A stretch of DNA of 64,000 bases from Rozella allomycis CSF55. Lineage: Eukaryota. Every line of letters starts with the position of its first letter. Position 1 is the stretch's first letter. Positions 48,235-59,396 of this stretch are shown here, piece by piece. Made by a program: the position numbers and the translations under genes. The stretch is from the NCBI GenBank assembly GCA_000442015.1, contig KE561200.1, forward strand, positions 1 through 64,000. The letters run 5' to 3'. The notes beneath the pieces were generated by a model. The model ran no database searches. It saw nothing but the letters and a program-made list of their open reading frames with translations, and was not told the origin of the DNA.

Positions 48235-48360
48235 TAGACAAGGGTCTTTGATTGCAGTCTTTATTTTGGTCCTAGAAACTCAAGTATAGATTCTTTCAAT
48301 CAAATTTATAATTCAGTAACTGTGAAAGCCACTCTGATCGTTTTAAACCTGGTAACAACA

Positions 48361-49317
48361 ATGATCGAAAGAAAACATATTCTATATCTGGAACCAAGCC
48401 TGAATTCCATTCTATGCAAAAAAGTAAAACAGTTTTTTGACTTGTCGGCTAAACTTTATGGACCAAACGAAGCGCATTTGTACCATCCACATTGCTCAAT
48501 GACTGGTTTCTTTGAAATCTGTGGAAAAGAAGAACAGGATGTAGTCAAAATACAAGAGGGCATCATTGATATATTAAATAACTGCATAAGCAGCAAAACA
48601 GACGAAGTTGTGAAATTAGTAACCATTGAATCTCAAACCACATCTAAAACACTTTATACCAAAGGGAAAGAACCCAAATTGAATCACTTTCCTTCACTAC
48701 GTTTAAATTTAGAAGCGAGATTCATTAGCTCACTGGCTGTAAAGGTTAGTGCTGAGATTGTAGAGAAACTCGACTTGTTTGTGCGACCGAAAAAAGTGGA
48801 TCATATTTCATTGGCCTACATGAACCATTTTACGGTTTCAAAAGCTGAATATGAAAGAGCAAAGGCTAATGAACGGTCAATGAAAAAGTCAAATTTGACC
48901 AGAAAATTGACACTGACTTATCACAAAGAAAGAACACTAAAGGATTCCAGTGAAAGTTCTTGGAGAACCAAGTCACATACTGACATTGATATCGAACATG
49001 TTAAACCGCAATTGAAGAGAACTGATTCGACTCCAAATTTACTAGCGTTGACAGACGAAATTCCCATTCCAATTGACATTGAAGAGCTTGAAGTGTTTGC
49101 GCTTCATTTCTTCAAAGACTTTTTAGAGTTTTCCAAGACATCATGGGATGTAGCATTTTATGAATTGGAGTTTGAAAGTGAGACTTTGGATAGAAAGCAT
49201 GTTTTTAGAGAAATTAAACGTTGGAAAAATGTATTTGATTTCACTTCCATTTCAGAGGATTTTCTTGCAAACTTAATTGCAAGGGTCAAAAGCCATAATG
49301 GCAAGGTTCGTGTGTAA
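48361..49317 (+). CDS. 2H phosphoesterase (UBASH3/Sts PDE-domain-like), stand-alone
   Basis: Two HxS motifs, NEAHLYHPHCSMTGFF and DHISLAY; HILYLEP at the start, WDVAFYE at the end. Confidence 0.7.
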   Translation: MIERKHILYLEPSLNSILCKKVKQFFDLSAKLYGPNEAHLYHPHCSMTGFFEICGKEEQDVVKIQEGIIDILNNCISSKTDEVVKLVTIESQTTSKTLYTKGKEPKLNHFPSLRLNLEARFISSLAVKVSAEIVEKLDLFVRPKKVDHISLAYMNHFTVSKAEYERAKANERSMKKSNLTRKLTLTYHKERTLKDSSESSWRTKSHTDIDIEHVKPQLKRTDSTPNLLALTDEIPIPIDIEELEVFALHFFKDFLEFSKTSWDVAFYELEFESETLDRKHVFREIKRWKNVFDFTSISEDFLANLIARVKSHNGKVRV

Positions 49318-49412
49318 CATAAATAGATTCCATCATTTTTACCACTTAAAGTCATAATAATAATAATGATAATATAATTGTTATAAATACCCCACAATTT
49401 ATTTCATCACAT

Positions 49413-51005
49413 CTACATAAAATTGTTTAATGGTGCGTATGCCATAGCCTTAATGTTTGGATGAGGAGCGCATGTGAATTGGTTTATTTCCATTTTCAAA
49501 TCAGAGTCGAAATTAATATAAGCACCCTTATTTCCTATTGTATCACTAAGTTGGAATTTGGAATTGTAAAATTACCAATAGTTTGGCGCCGAAAAAATGG
49601 TAATGCATTTCCCTCCATGGGCAATTTCATATCCTTCTTCTTTAACTTCATGAGAACGAATAATGAAATCCAAATTATTTCTTTTAAGAAAATCATGTGT
49701 TACATCTGGGCCGAAAGAATATGAAGCGCCTCTTTTCCCAAACCCAACCCCTGGTTCAGGTTGAGGATCACTCCAAAGTAAAGCAGTCATTAAAGGATCC
49801 TTATCCGCTAAATCTAAATGATATTTTTTTTGGTTTACTTGGCTGTTTAAACCTATCTACTTTATTTATGTCCTCCAAACAAAAATTGCCGTCACCAATG
49901 CCACCATGAACAACAAGTATTTTATCTTGTATCAAATTAGCGATTGGCATGGCTTCAAAAACAGAGCTAAACATTTTAAAAAGATTCAAGTTAAATCTAT
50001 TATTGAAAAGGTTACACATTTACTTTGCTTCAACCTCATGTTTAAATCCAAAATTGAAATTCATAGAGTCAGTCTCATGATTTCCTCTAGACAAATAGAT
50101 TGACTCGGGGCATGCTAACTTCCAACTCAAAAACGTCAAAATAACCTCAAAGGAAAATGAGCCTCTGTCAACAAAATCACCATTAAAAAGGTAAATATTT
50201 TGGGGCGATGGATTTCCATTGATTTCAAAGAGTTTTAAAACATCATAAAACTGCCCATGGGTATCACCGCAAACTGACAACTTGGAATTTTCAGGGATAA
50301 CAACATTAACCATGTTGGGACAATTGAGAAAATACTCCCTAGCGCGTCTCAAAATTTGAGCAGCAAATTTAAAGGGAATTAATTTTTGATTTTTAAACCT
50401 TTCCATCATATCTAAAACAAAGTCCACAGTAATTTCATCTTCCAAAATTTTCCCATCATAAGATGGGGAAACATCTTTAACAACATGGTTTGTAATAGTT
50501 TACCAATATCATTTTCATTAATCAGATCCCATATTATCTTATGATGCTCATCAACTGCTATAGCTTTTTCAAATTCCATCTTTTTAACGATCTTTTCTAT
50601 TGTTTCACACCTCTTCTTAGCTTCTAAATCACCGGGTGCGACTTGGCAAACGATTTTAAAGTCTTTTAAACTTTCCTAGTAAATAATAATCTACATCATT
50701 ACTTTGAACTTTTGCAAGCCAACATTAGCTAGCGCTCTTCTATAGTATGCTTTGACATATTTAGGATCACATTGTACAGCCATATCAGCGTCTGAAAGAG
50801 CTGCCCCGTATAACTCTAACTTCAAATTTGCCATGGCCCTATTTGAATACAAGATGGCGTTTTTCGGGTCCAACTCGATGGCAAGACTATACAGTTCACA
50901 GGCTTTTTCAAAATGTTGTTCTATTGACATATAAGATGTCATATTACCTTTAAATGAAGTATTCGCCTGTGATTTGTATTCTTCCGCCGTCAGACTCTTT
51001 GTCAT
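49413..51005 (-). CDS. PPT1: Ser/Thr protein phosphatase 5 (TPR plus PPP domain)
   Basis: TPR AILYSNRA..KAYYRRA; GDTHGQ, NGDFVDRG, RGNHE, LLWSDP, IIRSHE, FSAPNY. Confidence 0.96.
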
Positions 51006-51038
51006 GGTAAATTTCGAAATTTCTAAATTCCAATTTAC

Positions 51039-52536
51039 ATGAACAAGTGCATAAAATTATTGGGCCATTCATCGAAATCTTTTATCCAAAGACACTCCTT
51101 CAAGTATTCCACAAAAGTTAATCACTTGTTCGCCTTCACAGAAGAAGAGCTAATGCTTAAAGAGTCGGGTATGCATGAATGAAAAGGAAAATTAGTTGCT
51201 AAATTTGCCAAATCAGTCATTGCACCTAAAGTGGCCGAGATGGATGAAGCTGAAAAATTAGATCCTATTGTTTTAAAGGGGTTGTTTGAAAATGGAGTAC
51301 GCATTATCACCATTTATCCAATAGTTAATGGGAATTGAAACAGGAAATGAATACAATGGATGTAATGCATCATTTACTTCAGCCATCCTTGCTGTTGAAG
51401 GTAATTAATTACAGGTGGCATTATGTAGAATTGGCCAAAATAGATCCCTCGATTTCTGTAGTCTGCGATGTTCAAGTATTTTAAATCTTTGCAATATAGT
51501 GTAGAATACACTGGTTAACACTCTCTTCCGCAAATATGGAAATAAGGATCAATCTCAAAAATATTTATCAAAATTAGCCACAGATACAGTAATTTAGTTC
51601 AACTGAATTAGAAAGGTTGGATGCTTTTGCCTTAGCGAGGCTGGTTCTGGAAGTGATGCATTTGCCCTTCAAACAAGGGCTGAAAAACAAGGGGATCATT
51701 ACATTATTAATGGGTAATAATTTAAATTAAACTGTTTGAGATCAAAAATGTGGATTACCAATTCTCTTGAGGCTGAAATATTTCTTGTGTTTGCCAATGT
51801 TGACCCATCCAAAGGTTACAAAGGCATCACCTGCTTTATAGTTGAGAAAAATATGGGCGTCGAAGTAAATAAAAAAGAGAAAAAGGTAATTTGTAACGTC
51901 GCACAATGATAGCTTGGAATTCGTGCATCCTCAACTTGTTCTCTAACGTTTGATAATGTTAAAGTTCCCGCTGAAAATGTTCTTGGGACCGTTGGGCATG
52001 GTTATAAATATGCGATTGAAATTCTAAATGAAGGTAGAATAGGTATAGCCGCTCAGATGGTAATGATTGACCCTGGAGTTAATAGATTGGATTGGCTCAA
52101 GGGGCCTTTGATCACACGATGCCATATTTGTTTCAAAGAAAACAATTCAACTCAAGAATTGGAGACTTTCAAGTAATTTGAATTAAAAATAGTTACAGGG
52201 ATTGCAACACCAATATGCACAGGCAGCGGTAAATATTGAAGCAGCAAGACTCTTAACTTACAATGCATCAAGACTTAAGGAAGCTGGAAAAGACTTTGTA
52301 AAGGAAGCAGCCATGGCTAAACTCTATGCATCACAAGTCGCTGCGGATGTCTCCTCCAAATGCATTGAGTGGATGGGTGGTGTAGGCTTCACGAAAGACT
52401 TCCCCGTTGAGAAATATTTTAGAGATTCAAAAGTAGAAAATGCAAAATTATAATATAGATCGGTGCAATATATGAAGGTACGAGCAATATTCAATTGCAA
52501 ACTATTGCAAAATTACTCACCAAAAATTATGAATAA
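51039..52536 (+). CDS. ACADSB: Short/branched-chain acyl-CoA dehydrogenase (many mini-introns)
   Basis: [76 protein letters not shown]. Confidence 0.92.
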
Positions 52537-52553
52537 TGAATAAATTTGATATC

Positions 52554-52917
52554 TCACTTTAATGTAGCTCTGTCTTTTTCGGCCAATTGCTTAGCCCTTC
52601 GTATTCTTAAACTGTTCTTCATGTCAATAATTTGCTTTTCCTTGTATTGTTCTATTTCTTTGGAAATAAATTCTTTTAAAATGTCCCACTGACCAGGCCT
52701 AAGGTCTTTAATTAGGCAATGTCGATGAATACTCGCCTTGTCACATAATTGCCTAGCCTTTATTTCACCTACTCCCTTGTATTTACTAAATCATATTTGT
52801 TTAATGCTTTTACCATATAGCGTCAGTAACCAATCGATATTCTTCTAAAGTTTCTCCGAGAAAAGAGATTGAAGCAGAAGTTAGTTTCTTGGCTGCTTCA
52901 ATTTTAGCCTTGGACAT
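52554..52917 (-). CDS. Mitochondrial ribosomal protein uS13m (Sws2)-like, C-terminally divergent (absent from the ORF track)
   Basis: Spliced reading: ...ISFLGETLEEYRLVTDAICKYKGVGEIKARQLCDKASIHRHCLIKDLRPGQWDILKEFI..., matching the S13 H2TH pattern. Confidence 0.6.
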
Positions 52918-53077
52918 GTCAAATTTCTTAAATTGGATATTCTCCATTCATCGAAATTGTGCTACGAAAATTGACTATTGGCAAAAATTTATTTTAGGAA
53001 GCCAATATTTCATGCTTCGTAAAGTGTGAATTATTTTGCTAGTCTAAAAATATTCACATCAGCCACGAAGGTCTAGG

Positions 53078-55297
53078 ATGAAGTTCGCTTCGTACTTGGT
53101 CTCCGAGCGTATATCGGAGTGGAAGCTTAAATATATAGACTATAAAATTCTAAAAAAGTGGATAAAGACAGCGAGAACAACTAAAAACGAAGATCTAGAT
53201 CTTGGTACATTTTTTGTTTTTTTGTTAAATAGTTTTTCCTGAAGGAATAACGGAAGCTTTTAATAAAAGAATTAATCAGGAAGCAGAAAAAATAGATGAA
53301 TTCTTCCAGAGTACGATTTTTTATACCTCTAAAGTTAGTCCAAGAGAATCAAGCTGTTCTAAGATTTCAAGAATTATTGAACCAAACGAAATGTATTTCT
53401 CAGATTCAAGTCTCCAATACTAATAGCTTGCGCCGAAAATTGTACGCCTTGCGAAGTGAATATCCAATGGCAGAAATCAATAGCCAGGTGACAAGTGACG
53501 AATTACTTACGCCCGATTTTTTGAAAGAATGGTACCATTCACCCAAAAAGTTGCGTTCAAAAATGAAAAAGCATTATTTGGAAGCCTATCGATTTTTGGA
53601 CATTCTGAAAGCGTACAAAGATTTAAACTACACTGGATTTTCAAAGATATTAAAAAAGTTTGATAAATATTTGAATGTGGACTTTAAAGATCAATATTTA
53701 GAGAAGCTTAATACTATGCATTGGATGACATCGAAACAGATTCAGACACATATGAAGAAGATTGAGGTAATATTCAGTTCAACAAATTAAAAAGATTTTG
53801 TATGCATCTTTATTTTGCAGGGGACAAAGGCATGCTGCGATGGATGCATTAAGACTCCCTGATTCCTCAAAAACCACATACCACGCCGTGGCCTATCGAG
53901 TCGGATTTTTAATGGGAATATCACTCATGGCAGTCTTTCTTGTTATTAAGGAACGTAAGAAAATTATGCATTTACAATAGTCATCCTTATGAGAACGAAG
54001 AGAGGAAAATTGTATGACTACGTTTTGAACATATACCCTGCTCTAAGCTTTCCAGTTTTACTTATTTGGGGAATAGCTTTCGACGTTGTTATTTGGCAGA
54101 AATCAAAAATTAATTACTCTTTCATATTCGATTTGAATCCAAGACGTCAGTTGCACCCACATCAATTTTTGGAGATTGCAAGTACATTTACTACAATTTG
54201 GAGCTTGGCCTGTTATATTTTCTTTAAAAAATATTTAAACAAGATTATATCTCCATATGGCCAGCCATTTACTCTTGTTGTCATTTTGTTTGCCTTGGTT
54301 GTTTGCCCATTTAATGTATTTTATCGTAGAGCTAGATATTGGACTCTATCAGTATTGGTAATGTTAATAATCTGCTGTTATTTAGCGTCGAATCTTGTTT
54401 TCGCCATTTACAAGGGTTTATTTTGCTGATTTCTTTTTGGCGGACCAATTGTGCAGTATATCAAGTTCCTTAAGAGTTCTATCTAGAGCGATTTGCTTGG
54501 CCCAAACTAATAGAGATGATCCGGCAAATCCAATTTGCCAGCTGCATAAATCATGGTTTGGATTTCTTCTCATAGGATTGCCAGCATATTGGCGTTTGAT
54601 GCAGTGTTTAAGACGTTACTATGATACAAGAAAGGCATTCCCTCATTTGGCCAATGGTTTGAAATATGCAGTGGCCTTAATTGTCGTCTTCTTTACTGCC
54701 CTCAAGAAAACGGATGGTAAAACTCATTGTTATAGGCATATAGATTTTCAAGACAATTACATCATTAATATTTTGTTTATTTTATTTTCATCTTTGGCTT
54801 CGCTGTATTCTTACATTTGGGACGTTACGATGGACTGGGGTCTTTTTAAACCATCGTCAAAGAACTTCATGTTACGTGACAACTTGATGTATTCATGGAC
54901 GTAAGATTATTTTTATGACTTTATTTAGCTGGTTTTATTATTGGGCTCTTATTTCAAACATGATTTTGCGAGCTGCTTGGGTGTTTTCATTGTCAATGGA
55001 GGGGTTAAAACTCTCTACTACTAAAGCGATAGTTACAAACGTATTGGGAGTATTGGAAATATTAAGGTACGTAGAAATCACAATATTTAAACTAGACGTT
55101 GTCAGTGGAATTTGATAAGGATGGAAAATGAACATGCCAAGAACTGTGGAGACTTCAAAGTGATAAAAGATAATGATATGCCATTACCTCTTGTTTCTTT
55201 TACTACAAAAGATAATATCTTTTCAGAAGACAATGAATTCGATTATGAGCAGCACGATCCGGATGACAATAATCTTATTAACAAGAAAGATAATTAA
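53078..55297 (+). CDS. SYG1: SPX-EXS phosphate exporter XPR1/Syg1
   Basis: MKFASYL..EWKLKYIDYKILKK (SPX), LNYTGFSKILKKFDK, FADFFLADQLCS, QCLRRYYD, WDVTMDWGL, IRMENEH. Confidence 0.95.
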
Positions 55298-55413
55298 TCC
55301 AGTCACTAATCTGAATCACATATTTTTGATTGTAAAATAAATTGATTAAATACATATTGATACTATAATGATTCTTTTCATTAACCGGAATTTTCGTATT
55401 TCTGGCTGTTCAA

Positions 55414-55784
55414 ATGGCGGATGAATTTCAAAACGCTGAAGAGGTAAAGTTTTAACCCATTATATATAGCGTGCATTTTTGCCTGAAGAGGTTAACGCAA
55501 TTATTAAAGAAGGGATTGAATCAACAATTCAGAATGCTTCATATCACCACAACAAAGTTGCCCAGTGGAACGCTAATATTGTAGAACTAACATTGAAAAA
55601 ATTGGTAGGATTGAATAAGCCTTTCAAATATGTCGTTACATGTGTCATAATGCAAAAAACAGGTGCTGGATTACATGCCGCAAGTTCTTGTTACTGGGAT
55701 AATGCAACAGATGCATCTACTTGTTTTAAATGGGAAAACAAGTCCATGTATACCATTGTTAATGTATACGGTCTTGCAATATAG
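55414..55784 (+). CDS. DYNLT1: Dynein light chain Tctex-1 type
   Basis: [28 protein letters not shown]; 26-nt intron 55444-55469. Confidence 0.95.
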
Positions 55785-55909
55785 TCGTAATAAATGTCTA
55801 AACTACTGATGCCTAGTCTTTCAACAACTATTTTTAATTGCAATTATAGCTAATTTTATATCTATAAATGGTTTGTCGCACAAGTTTCTTCATTTTGAAA
55901 AATCACAAA

Positions 55910-56338
55910 ATGGAAATAGTACCAACAGACACCAAAAGGTTGAGAGCTTGTCTTTTGTGCAGTTTGGTAAAAGTATTTTTGAATCTAAATGTTTTATTTA
56001 GACAATGGCACAGTTTAAAATGAATGGCTGTGAAAACTGTGAATCTTTACTAATGATGAAGGGTAACACTGACAGAATTTTTGATTGTACAAGCCAGAAT
56101 TTTGACGGGTAAACATATTTTTCTATTAACAATTAAGATGTACAGCCCTGATGGCGCCAGGTCACTCTTGGGTTGGTAAATGGCAGAGAATCGGTAATAT
56201 ATGATTTCACTATTCCACAAAGACAAGTTTTCAAAAGGCATTTATGCTCTTAAAGTGTATGGAAGACTACCAGAAGATCTTATAGCCCATTTAGAGGATC
56301 AAGGAGTTAATTATACACCGCTAGAAGAAGACGATTAA
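55910..56338 (+). CDS. SPT4: Transcription elongation factor Spt4 (4 exons)
   Basis: LRACLLCSLVK, GCENC, DCTSQNFDG, SWVGKWQRI, GIYALKVYGRLP. Confidence 0.95.
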
Positions 56339-56370
56339 ATTTTTGCATAAAGAAGACTTGTTTATATTTA

Positions 56371-57125
56371 TTACTCTTCACTTTGTTTCTGAACAATTCT
56401 AATATCTTTATAGTATGGCAAAAAGGCATTTAAATTTTGAGGATCAAAGCCTTGATGATTCAACATTTCTACTAACGCTTTGAAAAATATTTCATTGCCC
56501 ATCTCTGAGAAATGCAATCCATCGCTAAATAGTTTTTCGATATTTTCTTCGTTATTCTCAAATAGGGAAAATGTATCGAGACAAGGTATGTTCTCTGCTC
56601 GAGCGACCTCTTTACATGCAATTGCATACAATTTTGTATTTTCCTTCAATCGATTATATGAAGGAAGGCCCTTTCTTATGCATTCTTTATTCCATTCTTC
56701 ATCGTCTAGTGTTGGCGGGGTGGACAATATCACACTTAATTTTTCAGCTTTCAACAAATTGACTATCTTTGTTAAGTTTGTTTTATAATCTTCCACTGGT
56801 ACGTGTTGAAAGAAAATATCTTCCTTGCTTAATCTTGCGTCATTCGCTCCCAGGAATACAATTGCTAATGTCGGATACAAGGATTTACACATTTTTAAAA
56901 TGCTAGGTACTTCAGGAAGAATATATTTCGATGAGTAGCCTTTATATTGTTGAAATCTTTGTGATTACCTGAAAATCCAAAAGGTAGGCACAATGCTTTT
57001 GTGGAGAATCTATCAGAAAGCCTTGACAGCCATCCATTTTTTTCAAAGCCAAACTAGAAAATTAAAGCTGAGACAAATACTTGAGTTAATGAATCGCCGA
57101 TAAAAATAAAAGATGAAACTTTCAT
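56371..57125 (-). CDS. IAH1: SGNH/GDSL esterase Iah1-like
   Basis: FIGDSLTQ, GFSG|YSS, FLGANDA, DGLHFS. Confidence 0.9.
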
Positions 57126-57146
57126 GGTGGCTTGTCGAATTTTTTC

Positions 57147-58272
57147 ATGTCAGAGAACTATACTGGTTTTGTTAGACTGATATCATTTGATAATAACTTT
57201 CTAATGTTTAATAGAAATAGCGCAATATGCTTTGACTCTTCTTCTCTTGCTAAAATTTTTGAAATAAAGGATCTTGAGGCAGGTATTAGAATGATTGAAG
57301 CCAAATGTCCTCATTTGTTTATTGCACTAGAAAATAAGAAAGTCATGCATTTTGAAGTGGAAAAAGAAACTGCAACTTTAAAATCGACCTGGACTGTTCA
57401 AAAATCAGTCACCTCAATGTACTTTATAAGGGAAAAGAACATTCTTCTCGCTTCTGATAAGTTTGGGGATGTCTTTACGTAAGTTTAATGCATGCGTAAT
57501 AATTAGATTTCAAATTGGCGATAGTGAAGGAAAGCTTGTAATGGGACAAATATCAATGATTTTGGATATGGTGTACGACGAGCAAAGAAATTTTATTATA
57601 ACATCTGATAGAGACGAAAGAGTGCGACTAAGCAATTATCCAAAGGCATATATAATAGAAAAATTTCTTATGAATCACAAAGAGTATGTGCATGGGGTTT
57701 TCTTTATGTAGATTTGTTTCTGCTTTGGCACTTGAAGGAGATACTTTAGTATCAGGGGGTGGTGATGATTACGTAACGATTTGGAATATGAATTCGTATG
57801 AAAAAACCGAAGTTTTAGTTAAAAAGGACGGCATGTCTGATGACATTACCGTCGCCAAAATTATTTTATCTGAAAACAAAGCCTTCCTCTTATTAGAGAG
57901 ATCGAATTTGATAGTTGTGATTGATATTGAATCTCACAAGGTTGAATATTTAGAAATGCCAAACATTTTGACTTCATTATCTTCAGTCAATAATTGCATT
58001 TTCTCCTTGTCAATTGATGGCGTCTTGTATAAGATAAACTCTTCTTTAACATATGAAGCACTTTCATTCAAAACCGAAGAATTCTTTGAAAAGATAGAAA
58101 TTACTAGTAACAATTCATGTCACTTTTCATAGATGACTTTGATTTTTCTAGAGAGTTTACATTGCATAATATGAGAAAATCGCTCAACTTTGGAAAAAAG
58201 GGTAAATCCAAAGAAGATGATCAAGATGAGATTGAAGAAGAAAACTCTAATAAGAAAATTAAAGCTAACTAA
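57147..58272 (+). CDS. TRM82: tRNA m7G46 methyltransferase WD subunit Trm82/WDR4
   Basis: SDKFGDV, GQISMILD, ITSDRDERVRLSNYP, HKE|FVS, LVSGGGD. Confidence 0.9.
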
Positions 58273-58309
58273 ATAAATTTAAAGCATAATTTACACTTTC
58301 ATCCCAAGG

Positions 58310-58317
58310 TATAAATA
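58310..58317 (+). promoter_or_regulatory. TATA box of the fasciclin gene
   Basis: TATAAATA about 30 nt upstream of ATG 58343. Confidence 0.5.
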
Positions 58318-58342
58318 GGGTTGTGAATTCAGTCGCTCTAAG

Positions 58343-59356
58343 ATGATATTATTCTTTTCAATTCTCTACTTTTCATCATACTTGGCACTACCACATCACT
58401 GGACGTCAGATCATTATTTCAAATCTACAGCTCACGAAAAGAATATTCTCCATTATTTAAAGAATGAAGGCAACTATAGTTCGTTTTATGATCAAATCAA
58501 AGATAACGATCAATTGACTGAAATCCTCCAACACGGAAAAGACTTGCTAGTATTTGTGCCTACAAACGAAGCTTTTAAAACATTTGTCCCGGGCTTTGAA
58601 GACAAGAATGCTATATTTTCATACCACATTGCCAGTTCCAGTGGCAGAATGTCGCTTGCACGAAAGCCATTTGATCTAACATCAGGCGAGCTTCTCCCCT
58701 CAATTCTAGCAGACTCATCTCTCAAAGGCGGTCATCAATTTCTCAAGGTTTACTTGAACGAATGGCAACATGGACGTGTGTATATAGGAAACGAAAGATC
58801 ATTTTCAAAAGTTTTGGGAAAACCGACTGTAGCTTCAAACGGAATGATATTTCTGATTGACTCTGTGCTATTACCACCATATGATATTTGGAGAATGATT
58901 AATGACATTCAGTTTCATGGACATTTAACCAATGTAGTAACCATGTTGGAAGTTTCAGGACTTGCCAATGAATTGGAAATGCGCCAAGGATTGACGTTTC
59001 TGGCTCCAACTGATGAAGCATTTGAAAGGTTAGGACCTTCCGCTGTGAGACATCTACTATCCCCAACTGGAAAGCCATTATTGAGAAGAATTTTGATGTA
59101 TCATTTTGTGCCAAGAGAAACATACTACAGCCATTACGTGCAGACTGGAGATACTACTTGGGAAACTATGCTATATGGTAAACCGATTCAAGTTCACAAG
59201 ATATCGTTCCAAGGCGAGAGACACTTTTCAAGCATAATTCTTAATGAAGAGTCGAGAATAATATATGGTGATGTATTGTGCTCGAATGGCGTTGCGCACA
59301 TAATTGATAATGTGTTGATTCCAAGTTGGGAGATGAAGGAGCTGGAAAACATTTAA
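58343..59356 (+). CDS. Secreted protein with two fasciclin (FAS1) domains, intronless
   Basis: Signal peptide; VFVPTNEAF/YHI/ASNGMIFLIDSVL and TFLAPTDEAF/YHF/SNGVAHIIDNVL. Confidence 0.92.
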   Translation: MILFFSILYFSSYLALPHHWTSDHYFKSTAHEKNILHYLKNEGNYSSFYDQIKDNDQLTEILQHGKDLLVFVPTNEAFKTFVPGFEDKNAIFSYHIASSSGRMSLARKPFDLTSGELLPSILADSSLKGGHQFLKVYLNEWQHGRVYIGNERSFSKVLGKPTVASNGMIFLIDSVLLPPYDIWRMINDIQFHGHLTNVVTMLEVSGLANELEMRQGLTFLAPTDEAFERLGPSAVRHLLSPTGKPLLRRILMYHFVPRETYYSHYVQTGDTTWETMLYGKPIQVHKISFQGERHFSSIILNEESRIIYGDVLCSNGVAHIIDNVLIPSWEMKELENI

Positions 59357-59396
59357 GAAAATGGAAATAAATCATGTTGATTTGAATGTTATTTAT

